DNA of 64,000 nucleotides. Origin: Escherichia coli (GTDB lineage: Bacteria; Pseudomonadota; Gammaproteobacteria; Enterobacterales; Enterobacteriaceae). Positions 1 through 12,620 of this stretch are shown here, piece by piece. The stretch lies in NCBI RefSeq assembly GCF_051903065.1, contig NZ_CP178438.1; one strand, written 5' to 3'. Within the stretch, counting starts at the first letter, position 1. Each line of letters opens with the position of its first letter. Below the pieces are notes generated by a model. It had not been told where the DNA came from and ran no database searches. It saw only the letters and a list, made by a program, of their open reading frames with translations. A program made the translations under genes and the position numbers.

Positions 1-142
1 TCGTTATTATCAACCGCGGGCCTACCTTACCTGATTGCGCATTCACAACGCTTTCAGAAAAGTCCATAAAGCCGCGATGAACCTCAGTTAAGAAAATTAT
101 GGTCTACACTGAAAATTACATCGAATTCTAATGGGGGATCAT

Positions 143-472
143 ATGTTTAACCGACCGAACCGCAACGACGTTGATGATGGCGTGCAGGATATCCAGAATG
201 ATGTCAATCAATTAGCTGACAGCCTCGAATCTGTATTGAAGTCCTGGGGCAGCGACGCCAAAGGGGAAGCTGAAGCCGCACGCAGTAAAGCTCAGGCATT
301 GCTGAAAGAAACCAGGGCGCGAATGCATGGTCGTACTCGCGTCCAGCAAGCCGCGCGCGATGCCGTAGGCTGCGCGGATTCTTTTGTTCGTGAAAGACCC
401 TGGTGTAGTGTGGGTACAGCGGCTGCGGTAGGTATTTTTATCGGCGTACTGTTAAGCATGCGCAAATCGTAG
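143..472 (+). CDS. ygaM: YgaM/ElaB-family membrane-anchored protein (DUF883)
   Basis: ORF 131..472; the K-12 protein as I recall it begins MFNRPNRN, and a GGGGGA Shine-Dalgarno precedes the ATG at 143. C-terminal hydrophobic anchor. Confidence 0.8.
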   Translation: MFNRPNRNDVDDGVQDIQNDVNQLADSLESVLKSWGSDAKGEAEAARSKAQALLKETRARMHGRTRVQQAARDAVGCADSFVRERPWCSVGTAAAVGIFIGVLLSMRKS

Positions 473-503
473 TGCAAAAATGATAATAAATACGCGTCTT
501 TGA

Positions 504-534
504 CCCCGAAGCCTGTCTTCGGGGTTTCTTTTTG
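504..534 (+). terminator. Rho-independent terminator after ygaM
   Basis: Hairpin ccccgaag-cctgt-cttcgggg followed by a T-run. Confidence 0.7.
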
Positions 535-719
535 CCTGGTGAATCACAAAAATCCCCCTACCCCGTCACGCTCATACCCAGGGTACTTTCGACCACCATT
601 TGCTATATATTGTGTGGTTGAATCTTTTTTCAACTACATCTAGTATCTCTGTATCAACAGAGAGACAACCCGACGCGTATCATCGCGCCGTATCTTCATT
701 TTAAACGGAAATACGAATC

Positions 720-965
720 ATGCGCATTACTATTTACACTCGTAACGATTGCGTTCAGTGCCACGCCACCAAACGGGCGATGGAAAACCAGGGCTTTGAT
801 TTTGAAATGATTAATGTCGATCGCGTTCCTGAAGCGGCAGAAGCGTTGCGTGCTCAGGGCTTTCGTCAGTTGCCGGTAGTGATTGCTGGCGATCTTAGCT
901 GGTCTGGTTTCCGTCCGGACATGATTAACCGTCTGCATCCAGCGCCACACGCGGCCAGTGCATGA
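720..965 (+). CDS. nrdH: Glutaredoxin-like protein NrdH
   Basis: 81 aa ORF with CVQC redox motif; first gene of nrdHIEF order. Confidence 0.95.
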
Positions 966-1372
966 GCCAGCTCGTCTACTTCTCCAGCAGCTCCGAAAAC
1001 ACGCAGCGTTTTATCGAACGTTTAGGTCTGCCCGCGGTGCGCATCCCGCTCAATGAGCGGGAACGGATTCAGGTAGACGAGCCTTACATCCTGATCGTGC
1101 CCTCTTACGGCGGCGGCGGTACGGCTGGCGCGGTGCCACGACAGGTAATTCGCTTTTTAAACGACGAGCATAACCGGGCATTGCTGCGCGGCGTTATTGC
1201 TTCGGGTAATCGCAACTTTGGTGAGGCGTATGGCCGCGCCGGAGATGTGATTGCCCGGAAATGCGGCGTGCCGTGGCTGTACCGTTTTGAACTCATGGGT
1301 ACGCAAAGCGATATCGAAAACGTTCGTAAAGGAGTAACCGAATTTTGGCAACGACAACCGCAGAATGCCTGA
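962..1372 (+). CDS. nrdI: Flavodoxin-like ribonucleotide reductase assembly protein NrdI
   Basis: 136 aa ORF, overlaps nrdH stop (ATGA); conserved operon position. Confidence 0.95.
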
Positions 1373-3489
1373 CGCAGGAAACGATGGATTATCACGCGCT
1401 GAATGCGATGCTTAACCTCTACGATAGCGCAGGTCGCATTCAGTTCGATAAAGACCGCCAGGCCGTTGACGCCTTTATTGCGACGCATGTGCGTCCGAAC
1501 AGTGTGACCTTCAGTAGCCAGCAGCAGCGCCTGAACTGGCTGGTCAACGAAGGTTACTATGATGAAAGCGTTCTTAATCGCTACTCTCGCGACTTTGTCA
1601 TTACGCTGTTTGCCCACGCACACACCAGCGGTTTTCGTTTCCAGACATTCCTCGGGGCATGGAAGTTTTACACCAGCTATACGTTGAAGACATTCGACGG
1701 TAAACGTTATCTGGAAGATTTTGCCGATCGAGTCACGATGGTGGCGCTGACGCTGGCACAAGGCGATGAGACGCTGGCGTTGCAACTGACAGATGAAATG
1801 CTGTCAGGACGCTTTCAGCCAGCCACGCCAACATTCCTCAACTGCGGTAAGCAGCAGCGCGGCGAACTGGTTTCCTGTTTTTTGCTGCGTATTGAAGACA
1901 ATATGGAGTCGATTGGTCGGGCGGTAAATTCCGCACTGCAACTGTCGAAACGCGGCGGCGGCGTAGCATTTTTGCTGTCGAATCTGCGAGAAGCGGGCGC
2001 GCCAATTAAACGTATTGAAAATCAATCGTCTGGCGTGATTCCGGTGATGAAAATGCTGGAAGACGCATTTTCCTATGCCAACCAGCTCGGCGCGCGTCAG
2101 GGGGCTGGGGCAGTCTATTTACATGCTCATCATCCCGATATTCTGCGTTTTCTCGATACAAAACGGGAAAATGCCGACGAAAAAATCCGGATTAAAACAC
2201 TGTCGCTGGGCGTGGTGATCCCGGATATCACTTTCCATCTGGCAAAAGAGAATGCGCAGATGGCGCTGTTTTCGCCTTATGACGTAGAGCGAGTTTATGG
2301 CAAACCGTTTGCCGATATCGCCATTAGCGAACACTATGACGAACTGGTTGCCGATGAACGCATTCGCAAAAAATACCTCAACGCCCGTGATTTCTTCCAG
2401 CGACTGGCAGAAATCCAGTTTGAGTCCGGCTATCCCTACATCATGTATGAAGACACGGTAAACCGTGCTAACCCTGTCGCCGGGCGCATAAATATGAGTA
2501 ATCTCTGCTCAGAAATTTTGCAGGTTAACAGCGCCTCAGAGTATGACGAGAATCTCGACTATGCCCGCACAGGCCATGATATTTCCTGCAATTTAGGTTC
2601 GTTGAATATTGCGCACACCATGGATTCCCCCGATTTTGCCCGCACGGTAGAGACTGCCGTGCGCGGTTTAACGGCAGTATCAGATATGAGTCATATCCGC
2701 AGCGTGCCGTCCATCGAAGCCGGAAATGCCGCCTCGCACGCCATCGGACTGGGGCAGATGAATTTACATGGTTATCTGGCGAGGGAAGGCATCGCTTATG
2801 GTTCGCCGGAAGCACTGGATTTCACCAATCTCTATTTCTATACCATCACCTGGCACGCACTGCGTACCTCGATGTTGCTGGCGCGCGAACGCGGTGAAAC
2901 CTTCGCCGGGTTCAAACAGTCACGCTATGCCAGCGGTGAATATTTTAGCCAATATCTGCAAGGTAACTGGCAGCCGAAAACCGCGAAAGTTGGCGGACTG
3001 TTTGCCCGTAGCGGTATTACGTTACCTACCCGTGAGATGTGGGCGCAGCTGCGCGACGACGTGATACGCTATGGCATATACAACCAGAATCTTCAGGCGG
3101 TGCCGCCAACCGGTTCTATCTCTTATATCAACCATGCCACGTCGAGTATTCATCCGATTGTGGCGAAAGTAGAGATACGCAAAGAGGGCAAAACAGGACG
3201 CGTTTACTACCCTGCCCCATTTATGACTAACGAAAATCTGGCGCTGTATCAGGACGCTTACGAAATCGGCGCAGAAAAGATCATCGACACCTACGCGGAA
3301 GCGACTCGCCATGTCGATCAGGGGCTGTCGCTGACGCTGTTTTTCCCCGATACCGCCACCACTCGCGATATCAACAAAGCGCAGATTTACGCCTGGCGCA
3401 AAGGTATCAAAACGCTCTATTACATCCGCCTGCGTCAGATGGCGCTGGAAGGCACTGAAATTGAAGGCTGCGTCTCCTGTGCACTTTAA
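1345..3489 (+). CDS. nrdE: Class Ib ribonucleotide reductase alpha subunit
   Basis: 714 aa ORF starting MATTTAECL; class I RNR fold; overlaps nrdI 3' end by 28 nt. Confidence 0.95.
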
Positions 3490-4458
<969 letters not shown>

Positions 4459-4716
4459 GGGTGTTATTTTCAAAAATATCACTACCCGCGACAGGGAAAT
4501 AATTCCCGCCAAATAGCTTTTTATCACGCAAATATTTTGTGGTGATCTACACTGATACTCTGTTGCATTATTCGCCTGAAACCACAATATTCAGGCGTTT
4601 TTTCGCTATCTTTGACAAAAAATATCAACTTTTCTCGATTTGCTCTCAGCCCTTATATCACGGGAAATTCCGGCGATTTGCTCACATCAATATTCATGCC
4701 ACATTTGCCCTCAGGG

Positions 4717-4744
4717 GTTGCCTCAGATTCTCAGTATGTTAGGG
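4717..4744 (+). promoter_or_regulatory. proU osmoregulated promoter (-35 ttgcct, -10 tagggt)
   Basis: ttgcct-N16-tagggt about 70 bp upstream of proV ATG; matches the proU P2 promoter as I recall it. Confidence 0.6.
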
Positions 4745-4813
4745 TAGAAAAAAGTGACTATTTCCATTGGGTAATGTATCGACATAAACAAATAACAGGA
4801 ATCTTTCTATTGC

Positions 4814-6016
4814 ATGGCAATTAAATTAGAAATTAAAAATCTTTATAAAATATTTGGTGAGCATCCACAGCGAGCTTTCAAATATATCGAACAAGGACTT
4901 TCAAAAGAACAAATTCTGGAAAAAACTGGGCTATCGCTTGGCGTAAAAGACGCCAGTCTGGCCATTGAAGAAGGCGAGATATTTGTCATCATGGGATTAT
5001 CCGGTTCGGGTAAATCCACAATGGTACGCCTTCTCAATCGCCTGATTGAACCCACCCGCGGGCAAGTACTGATTGATGGTGTGGATATTGCCAAAATATC
5101 CGACGCCGAACTCCGTGAGGTGCGCAGAAAAAAGATTGCGATGGTCTTCCAGTCCTTTGCCTTAATGCCGCATATGACCGTGCTGGACAATACTGCGTTT
5201 GGTATGGAATTGGCCGGAATTAATGCCGAAGAACGCCGGGAAAAAGCCATTGATGCACTGCGTCAGGTCGGGCTGGAAAATTATGCCCACAGCTACCCGG
5301 ATGAACTCTCTGGCGGGATGCGTCAACGTGTGGGATTAGCCCGCGCGTTAGCGATTAATCCGGATATTTTATTAATGGATGAAGCCTTCTCGGCGCTCGA
5401 TCCATTAATTCGCACCGAGATGCAGGATGAGCTGGTAAAATTACAGGCGAAACATCAGCGCACCATTGTCTTTATTTCCCACGATCTCGATGAAGCCATG
5501 CGTATTGGCGACCGAATTGCCATTATGCAAAATGGTGAAGTGGTACAGGTCGGCACACCGGATGAAATTCTCAATAATCCGGCGAATGATTATGTCCGTA
5601 CCTTCTTCCGTGGCGTTGATATTAGTCAGGTATTCAGTGCGAAAGATATTGCCCGCCGGACACCGAATGGCTTAATTCGTAAAACCCCTGGCTTCGGCCC
5701 ACGTTCGGCACTGAAATTATTGCAGGATGAAGATCGCGAATATGGCTACGTTATCGAACGCGGTAATAAGTTTGTCGGCGCAGTCTCCATCGATTCGCTT
5801 AAAACCGCGTTAACGCAGCAGCAAGGTCTTGATGCGGCGCTGATTGATGCGCCGTTAGCAGTCGATGCACAAACGCCTCTTAGCGAGTTGCTCTCTCATG
5901 TCGGACAGGCACCCTGTGCGGTGCCCGTGGTCGACGAGGACCAACAGTATGTCGGCATCATTTCGAAAGGAATGCTGCTGCGCGCTTTAGATCGTGAGGG
6001 GGTAAATAATGGCTGA
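4814..6016 (+). CDS. proV: Glycine betaine/proline ABC transporter ATPase
   Basis: 400 aa; Walker [13 protein letters not shown] signature LSGGMRQR, C-terminal CBS domains. Confidence 0.95.
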   Translation: MAIKLEIKNLYKIFGEHPQRAFKYIEQGLSKEQILEKTGLSLGVKDASLAIEEGEIFVIMGLSGSGKSTMVRLLNRLIEPTRGQVLIDGVDIAKISDAELREVRRKKIAMVFQSFALMPHMTVLDNTAFGMELAGINAEERREKAIDALRQVGLENYAHSYPDELSGGMRQRVGLARALAINPDILLMDEAFSALDPLIRTEMQDELVKLQAKHQRTIVFISHDLDEAMRIGDRIAIMQNGEVVQVGTPDEILNNPANDYVRTFFRGVDISQVFSAKDIARRTPNGLIRKTPGFGPRSALKLLQDEDREYGYVIERGNKFVGAVSIDSLKTALTQQQGLDAALIDAPLAVDAQTPLSELLSHVGQAPCAVPVVDEDQQYVGIISKGMLLRALDREGVNNG

Positions 6017-7073
6017 TCAAAATAATCCGTGGGATACCACGCCAGCGGCGGACAGTGCCGCACAATCCGCAGACGCCTGGGGTACACCGGCGACTGCACC
6101 GACTGACGGCGGTGGTGCTGACTGGCTGACCAGTACGCCTGCGCCAAACGTCGAGCATTTTAATATTCTCGATCCGTTCCATAAAACGCTGATCCCGCTC
6201 GACAGTTGGGTCACTGAAGGGATCGACTGGGTCGTTACCCATTTCCGTCCCGTCTTCCAGGGCGTGCGCGTTCCGGTTGATTATATCCTCAACGGTTTCC
6301 AGCAATTGCTGCTGGGTATGCCCGCACCGGTGGCGATTATCGTTTTCGCTCTCATCGCCTGGCAGATTTCCGGGGTCGGAATGGGTGTGGCGACGCTGGT
6401 TTCGCTGATTGCCATCGGCGCAATCGGTGCCTGGTCGCAGGCAATGGTTACTCTGGCGCTGGTGTTAACCGCCCTGCTGTTCTGTATCGTCATCGGTTTG
6501 CCGTTGGGGATATGGCTGGCGAGAAGTCCGCGAGCGGCGAAAATTATTCGTCCACTGCTTGATGCCATGCAGACCACGCCAGCGTTTGTTTATCTGGTGC
6601 CAATCGTCATGCTATTTGGTATCGGTAACGTGCCGGGCGTGGTGGTGACGATCATCTTTGCTCTGCCGCCGATTATCCGTCTGACCATTCTGGGGATTAA
6701 CCAGGTTCCGGCGGATCTGATTGAAGCCTCGCGCTCATTCGGTGCCAGCCCGCGCCAGATGCTGTTCAAAGTTCAGTTACCGCTGGCGATGCCGACCATT
6801 ATGGCGGGCGTTAACCAGACGCTGATGCTGGCCCTTTCTATGGTGGTCATCGCCTCGATGATTGCCGTCGGCGGGCTGGGTCAGATGGTACTTCGCGGTA
6901 TCGGTCGTCTGGATATGGGGCTTGCCACCGTTGGCGGCGTCGGGATTGTGATCCTCGCCATTATCCTCGATCGCCTGACGCAGGCCGTTGGGCGCGACTC
7001 ACGCAGTCGCGGCAACCGTCGCTGGTACACCACTGGCCCTGTCGGTCTGCTGACCCGCCCATTCATTAAGTAA
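6009..7073 (+). CDS. proW: Glycine betaine/proline ABC transporter permease
   Basis: 354 aa polytopic membrane protein; overlaps proV end. Confidence 0.95.
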   Translation: MADQNNPWDTTPAADSAAQSADAWGTPATAPTDGGGADWLTSTPAPNVEHFNILDPFHKTLIPLDSWVTEGIDWVVTHFRPVFQGVRVPVDYILNGFQQLLLGMPAPVAIIVFALIAWQISGVGMGVATLVSLIAIGAIGAWSQAMVTLALVLTALLFCIVIGLPLGIWLARSPRAAKIIRPLLDAMQTTPAFVYLVPIVMLFGIGNVPGVVVTIIFALPPIIRLTILGINQVPADLIEASRSFGASPRQMLFKVQLPLAMPTIMAGVNQTLMLALSMVVIASMIAVGGLGQMVLRGIGRLDMGLATVGGVGIVILAIILDRLTQAVGRDSRSRGNRRWYTTGPVGLLTRPFIK

Positions 7074-7129
7074 CTCTGCACTTGCCCGGTGACACCGGGC
7101 ATATCACCCTGCCAAAAAAAGGAATAACA

Positions 7130-8122
7130 ATGCGACATAGCGTTCTTTTTGCGACAGCGTTTGCCACGCTTATCTCTACACAAACTTTTGCTGCCGATCT
7201 GCCGGGCAAAGGCATTACTGTTAATCCAGTTCAGAGCACCATCACCGAAGAAACCTTCCAGACACTGCTGGTCAGTCGTGCGCTGGAGAAATTAGGTTAT
7301 ACCGTCACTAAACCCAGCGAAGTGGATTACAACGTTGGCTACACCTCGCTTGCTTCCGGCGATGCAACCTTCACCGCCGTGAACTGGACGCCACTGCATG
7401 ACAACATGTACGAAGCTGCCGGTGGCGATAAGAAATTTTATCGTGAAGGGGTATTTGTTAACGGCGCGGCACAGGGTTACCTGATCGATAAGAAAACCGC
7501 CGACCAGTACAAAATCACCAACATCGCACAACTGAAAGATCCGAAGATCGCCAAACTGTTCGATACCAACGGCGACGGTAAAGCGGATTTAACCGGTTGT
7601 AACCCAGGCTGGGGCTGCGAAGGTGCGATCAACCACCAGCTTGCCGCGTATGAACTGACCAACACCGTGACGCATAATCAGGGGAACTACGCAGCGATGA
7701 TGGCCGACACCATCAGTCGCTACAAAGAGGGCAAACCGGTGTTTTACTACACCTGGACGCCGTACTGGGTGAGTAATGAGCTGAAGCCAGGGAAAGATGT
7801 GGTCTGGTTGCAGGTGCCGTTCTCTGCACTGCCGGGCGATAAAAATGCCGATACCAAACTGCCGAATGGCGCGAATTACGGCTTCCCGGTCAGCACCATG
7901 CATATCGTTGCCAATAAAGCCTGGGCCGAGAAAAACCCGGCAGCAGCGAAACTGTTTGCCATTATGCAGTTGCCAGTGGCAGATATTAACGCCCAGAACG
8001 CCATTATGCATGACGGCAAAGCCTCAGAAGGCGATATTCAGGGCCACGTTGATGGCTGGATCAAAGCCCACCAGCAGCAGTTCGATGGCTGGGTGAATGA
8101 GGCGTTGGCAGCGCAGAAGTAA
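7130..8122 (+). CDS. proX: Glycine betaine/proline periplasmic binding protein
   Basis: ORF 7082..8122; start trimmed to [14 protein letters not shown] signal peptide with AAGGA RBS upstream (330 aa). Confidence 0.9.
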   Translation: MRHSVLFATAFATLISTQTFAADLPGKGITVNPVQSTITEETFQTLLVSRALEKLGYTVTKPSEVDYNVGYTSLASGDATFTAVNWTPLHDNMYEAAGGDKKFYREGVFVNGAAQGYLIDKKTADQYKITNIAQLKDPKIAKLFDTNGDGKADLTGCNPGWGCEGAINHQLAAYELTNTVTHNQGNYAAMMADTISRYKEGKPVFYYTWTPYWVSNELKPGKDVVWLQVPFSALPGDKNADTKLPNGANYGFPVSTMHIVANKAWAEKNPAAAKLFAIMQLPVADINAQNAIMHDGKASEGDIQGHVDGWIKAHQQQFDGWVNEALAAQK

Positions 8123-8130
8123 TTTTTATT

Positions 8131-8212
8131 CGGGCGGATAAGGCGTTTTCGCCGCATCCGCCGCTCTGTACACAATGCCTGATGCGACGCTGGCGCGTCT
8201 TATCATGCCTAC
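8131..8212. repeat. REP/BIME palindromic units downstream of proX
   Basis: cgggcggataaggcgttttcgccgcatccgcc and gcctgatgcgacgctggcgcgtcttatcatgcctac REP consensus palindromes. Confidence 0.8.
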
Positions 8213-8313
8213 AAACCACACCGCACATTTCAACAATCTATCTTTCATCCCATATTCATCAACATCCGCTATTATTGATTTCCAGCTTAATCATCACCTG
8301 ATGAACAAAAATA

Positions 8314-9498
8314 ATGACCAAACCTAATCATGAGCTTAGCCCGGCGCTAATCGTGCTGATGTCTATCGCCACCGGTCTGGCGGTCGCCAGCAACTATTAC
8401 GCCCAGCCATTGCTCGACACCATCGCGCGTAACTTTTCCCTTTCCGCCAGTTCGGCAGGCTTTATTGTTACCGCCGCGCAGTTGGGCTATGCCGCCGGTC
8501 TGCTGTTTCTTGTTCCTCTGGGTGACATGTTTGAACGTCGCCGCCTGATTGTCTCAATGACCTTACTGGCGGCAGGTGGCATGTTAATTACTGCCAGCAG
8601 TCAGTCGCTGGCGATGATGATCCTCGGTACGGCATTAACCGGTTTGTTCTCGGTCGTGGCACAAATTCTGGTTCCGCTGGCAGCAACGTTGGCATCACCA
8701 GACAAACGCGGCAAAGTGGTTGGCACCATTATGAGCGGTCTGCTGCTGGGGATCTTACTCGCACGGACCGTTGCCGGATTGCTGGCGAACCTCGGCGGCT
8801 GGCGCACCGTCTTTTGGGTCGCTTCGGTATTAATGGCACTGATGGCGCTGGCGTTATGGCGTGGTCTGCCACAAATGAAATCAGAAACCCACCTCAACTA
8901 CCCACAGTTGTTAGGTTCCGTTTTCAGCATGTTTATCAGCGATAAGATCCTGCGCACCCGCGCATTGCTGGGCTGCCTGACTTTTGCCAACTTCAGCATT
9001 CTCTGGACCTCGATGGCCTTTTTGCTTGCCGCTCCACCTTTTAACTACAGCGATGGCGTAATTGGTCTGTTTGGACTTGCGGGGGCTGCCGGAGCGTTGG
9101 GCGCTCGTCCGGCGGGCGGTTTTGCCGACAAGGGCAAATCGCACCACACCACAACTTTCGGTCTGCTGCTGCTGTTACTTTCATGGCTGGCAATCTGGTT
9201 TGGTCACACTTCCGTACTGGCGTTGATTATCGGCATTCTGGTGCTGGACCTCACCGTACAGGGCGTGCATATCACTAACCAGACGGTAATTTATCGAATA
9301 CATCCTGATGCGCGTAATCGCCTGACCGCAGGTTACATGACCAGCTACTTTATTGGCGGTGCCGCCGGTTCGCTAATTTCAGCCTCAGCCTGGCAACATG
9401 GCGGTTGGGCTGGCGTTTGTCTGGCTGGCGCGACGATTGCCCTGGTTAACTTACTGGTCTGGTGGCGAGGTTTTCATCGTCAGGAAGCCGCAAATTAA
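8314..9498 (+). CDS. ygaY: MFS transporter, intact
   Basis: 394 aa uninterrupted ORF with 12-TM-like hydrophobic pattern; positionally ygaY. Confidence 0.8.
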   Translation: MTKPNHELSPALIVLMSIATGLAVASNYYAQPLLDTIARNFSLSASSAGFIVTAAQLGYAAGLLFLVPLGDMFERRRLIVSMTLLAAGGMLITASSQSLAMMILGTALTGLFSVVAQILVPLAATLASPDKRGKVVGTIMSGLLLGILLARTVAGLLANLGGWRTVFWVASVLMALMALALWRGLPQMKSETHLNYPQLLGSVFSMFISDKILRTRALLGCLTFANFSILWTSMAFLLAAPPFNYSDGVIGLFGLAGAAGALGARPAGGFADKGKSHHTTTFGLLLLLLSWLAIWFGHTSVLALIIGILVLDLTVQGVHITNQTVIYRIHPDARNRLTAGYMTSYFIGGAAGSLISASAWQHGGWAGVCLAGATIALVNLLVWWRGFHRQEAAN

Positions 9499-9621
9499 GC
9501 AATCAGCAACCGTTTTCGTGGCTTTACACTTATAAGGGTGTTAAGAAGCCCATCAGTCTGATAAGGTTAAGATATTCATTCAGTCTATTTATAATATTAA
9601 CAATCGTTAAGCGTACACTCT

Positions 9622-10359
9622 ATGGAAAGCCCTACTACACAGCCTGCTCCTGGTTCGGCGACCTTCATGGAAGGATGCAAAGACAGTTTACCGATTGTTA
9701 TTAGTTATATTCCGGTGGCCTTTGCGTTCGGTCTGAATGCGACCCGTCTGGGATTCTCTCCTCTCGAAAGCGTTTTTTTCTCCTGCATCATTTATGCAGG
9801 CGCGAGCCAGTTCGTCATTACCGCGATGCTGGCAGCCGGGAGTAGTTTGTGGGTTGCTGCACTGACCGTCATGGCAATGGATGTTCGCCATGTGTTGTAT
9901 GGCCCGTCACTGCGTAGCCGTATTATTCAGCGTCTGCAAAAATCGAAAACCGCCCTGTGGGCGTTTGGCCTGACGGATGAGGTTTTTGCCGCCGCAACCG
10001 CAAAACTGGTACGCAATAATCGCCGCTGGAGCGAGAACTGGATGATCGGCATTGCCTTCAGTTCATGGTCATCGTGGGTATTTGGTACGGTAATAGGGGC
10101 ATTCTCCGGCAGCGGCTTGCTGCAAGGTTATCCCGCCGTTGAAGCAGCATTAGGTTTTATGCTTCCGGCACTCTTTATGAGTTTCCTGCTCGCCTCTTTC
10201 CAGCGCAAACAATCTCTTTGCGTTACCGCAGCGTTAGTTGGTGCCCTTGCAGGCGTAACGCTATTTTCTATTCCCGTCGCCATTCTGGCAGGCATTGTCT
10301 GTGGCTGCCTCACTGCGTTAATACAGGCATTCTGGCAAGGAGCGCCCGATGAGCTATGA
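9622..10359 (+). CDS. ygaZ: AzlC-family branched-chain amino acid (L-valine) exporter subunit
   Basis: 245 aa membrane protein; conserved pair with ygaH. Confidence 0.9.
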   Translation: MESPTTQPAPGSATFMEGCKDSLPIVISYIPVAFAFGLNATRLGFSPLESVFFSCIIYAGASQFVITAMLAAGSSLWVAALTVMAMDVRHVLYGPSLRSRIIQRLQKSKTALWAFGLTDEVFAAATAKLVRNNRRWSENWMIGIAFSSWSSWVFGTVIGAFSGSGLLQGYPAVEAALGFMLPALFMSFLLASFQRKQSLCVTAALVGALAGVTLFSIPVAILAGIVCGCLTALIQAFWQGAPDEL

Positions 10360-10684
10360 GGTTCTGCTGCTTGGGTTACTGGTTGGCGCGGCGAATTATT
10401 GCTTCCGCTATTTGCCGCTGCGCCTGCGTGTGGGTAATGCCCGCCCAACCAAACGTGGCGCGGTAGGTATTTTGCTCGACACCATTGGCATCGCCTCGAT
10501 ATGCGCTCTGCTGGTTGTCTCTACCGCACCAGAAGTGATGCACGATACACGCCGTTTCGTGCCCACGCTGGTCGGCTTCGCGGTACTGGGTGCCAGTTTC
10601 TATAAAACACGCAGCATTATCATCCCAACACTGCTTAGTGCGCTGGCCTATGGGCTCGCCTGGAAAGTGATGGCGATTATATAA
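10349..10684 (+). CDS. ygaH: AzlD-family exporter small subunit
   Basis: 111 aa membrane protein overlapping ygaZ end. Confidence 0.9.
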   Translation: MSYEVLLLGLLVGAANYCFRYLPLRLRVGNARPTKRGAVGILLDTIGIASICALLVVSTAPEVMHDTRRFVPTLVGFAVLGASFYKTRSIIIPTLLSALAYGLAWKVMAII

Positions 10685-10774
10685 CCCACAAGAATCATTT
10701 TTCTAAAACAATACATTTACTTTATTTGTCACTGTTGTTACTATATCGGCTGAAATTAATGAGGTCATACCCAA

Positions 10775-11305
10775 ATGGATAGTTCGTTTACGCCCATTGA
10801 ACAAATGCTAAAATTTCGCGCCAGCCGCCACGAAGATTTTCCTTATCAGGAGATCCTTCTGACTCGTCTTTGCATGCACATGCAAAGCAAGCTGCTGGAG
10901 AACCGCAATAAAATGCTGAAGGCTCAGGGGATTAACGAGACGTTGTTTATGGCGTTGATTACGCTGGAGTCTCAGGAAAACCACAGTATTCAGCCTTCTG
11001 AATTAAGTTGTGCTCTTGGATCATCCCGTACCAACGCGACGCGTATTGCCGATGAACTGGAAAAACGCGGTTGGATCGAACGTCGTGAAAGCGATAACGA
11101 TCGCCGCTGCCTGCATCTGCAATTAACGGAAAAAGGTCACGAGTTTTTGCGCGAGGTTTTACCACCGCAGCATAACTGCCTGCATCAACTCTGGTCCGCG
11201 CTCAGCACAACAGAAAAAGATCAGCTCGAGCAAATCACCCGCAAATTGCTCTCCCGTCTCGACCAGATGGAACAAGACGGTGTGGTTCTCGAAGCGATGA
11301 GCTAA
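10775..11305 (+). CDS. mprA: MarR-family repressor of emrAB
   Basis: 176 aa winged-helix MarR-like ORF immediately upstream of emrAB. Confidence 0.95.
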
Positions 11306-11351
11306 CGCGTCATCTCGCTCAAAAATCCAGATTTATAAAAGAAAAAATGAC

Positions 11352-11381
11352 TGGCCAGCATCGCAACATGCTGGCCTTTTT
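11352..11381 (+). terminator. Hairpin with T-run between mprA and emrA (possible attenuator or partial terminator)
   Basis: ggccagcatcgcaacatgctggcc followed by ttttt. Confidence 0.5.
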
Positions 11382-11431
11382 GGCAAGCAGGTCGGCTCAG
11401 CCGATGAGTTAAGAAGATCGTGGAGAACAAT

Positions 11432-12604
11432 ATGAGCGCAAATGCGGAGACTCAAACCCCGCAGCAACCGGTAAAGAAGAGCGGCAAACGTAAGCGTCTG
11501 CTCCTCCTTCTCACCTTGCTCTTTATAATTATTGCCGTAGCGATAGGGATTTATTGGTTTTTAGTACTGCGTCATTTCGAAGAAACCGATGACGCATACG
11601 TGGCAGGGAATCAAATTCAAATTATGTCTCAGGTGTCTGGCAGCGTGACGAAAGTCTGGGCCGATAACACCGATTTTGTAAAAGAAGGCGACGTGCTGGT
11701 CACTCTCGACCCGACAGATGCTCGCCAGACGTTTGAAAAAGCCAAAACTGCACTGGCTTCCAGCGTTCGCCAAACCCACCAGCTGATGATTAACAGCAAA
11801 CAGTTGCAGGCGAATATTGAGGTGCAAAAAATCGCCCTCGCGAAAGCACAAAGCGACTACAACCGCCGTGTGCCGCTGGGCAATGCCAACCTGATTGGTC
11901 GCGAAGAGCTGCAACACGCCCGCGACGCCGTTACCAGTGCCCAGGCGCAACTGGACGTCGCGATTCAACAATACAATGCCAATCAGGCGATGATTCTGGG
12001 GACTAAACTGGAAGATCAGCCTGCCGTGCAACAGGCTGCCACCGAAGTACGTAACGCCTGGCTGGCGCTGGAGCGTACTCGTATTGTCAGTCCGATGACC
12101 GGTTATGTCTCCCGCCGCGCGGTACAGCCTGGGGCGCAAATTAGCCCAACGACGCCGCTGATGGCGGTCGTTCCAGCCACCAATATGTGGGTGGATGCCA
12201 ACTTTAAAGAGACGCAGATTGCCAATATGCGTATCGGTCAGCCGGTCACTATCACCACCGATATTTACGGCGATGATGTGAAATACACCGGTAAAGTGGT
12301 TGGTCTGGATATGGGCACAGGTAGCGCGTTCTCACTGCTTCCGGCGCAAAATGCGACCGGTAACTGGATCAAAGTCGTTCAGCGTCTGCCTGTTCGTATC
12401 GAACTGGACCAAAAACAGCTGGAGCAATACCCGCTGCGTATCGGTTTATCCACGCTGGTGAGCGTCAATACCACTAACCGTGACGGTCAGGTACTGGCAA
12501 ATAAAGTACGTTCCACACCGGTAGCGGTAAGCACCGCGCGTGAAATCAGCCTGGCACCTGTCAATAAACTGATCGACGATATCGTAAAAGCTAACGCTGG
12601 CTAA
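11432..12604 (+). CDS. emrA: Multidrug efflux membrane fusion protein
   Basis: ORF 11420..12604; start trimmed to MSANAETQ (390 aa); HlyD-family coiled-coil adaptor. Confidence 0.95.
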   Translation: MSANAETQTPQQPVKKSGKRKRLLLLLTLLFIIIAVAIGIYWFLVLRHFEETDDAYVAGNQIQIMSQVSGSVTKVWADNTDFVKEGDVLVTLDPTDARQTFEKAKTALASSVRQTHQLMINSKQLQANIEVQKIALAKAQSDYNRRVPLGNANLIGREELQHARDAVTSAQAQLDVAIQQYNANQAMILGTKLEDQPAVQQAATEVRNAWLALERTRIVSPMTGYVSRRAVQPGAQISPTTPLMAVVPATNMWVDANFKETQIANMRIGQPVTITTDIYGDDVKYTGKVVGLDMGTGSAFSLLPAQNATGNWIKVVQRLPVRIELDQKQLEQYPLRIGLSTLVSVNTTNRDGQVLANKVRSTPVAVSTAREISLAPVNKLIDDIVKANAG

Positions 12605-12620
12605 TCCAGAGGTGCGTGTG

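Noticed and set aside
1105-1785. 226 aa minus-strand ORF overlapping nrdI and the start of nrdE
   Set aside because: Antisense to two conserved, well-supported genes; no independent support.
7082-7129. Upstream extensions in the ORF track (proX 7082, emrA 11420, emrB 12612, mltB to 27785, norR to 34469, hypF to 39894, hydN to 40517, ascG to 41728, ascB 43376, hycE to 48890, hypA 53033, hypC 54235, fhlA 56700, mop 58820, recA to 25888)
   Set aside because: In each case an internal Met matches the known protein N-terminus, a signal peptide or a better-placed RBS. The longest ORF is not the likely translated product.
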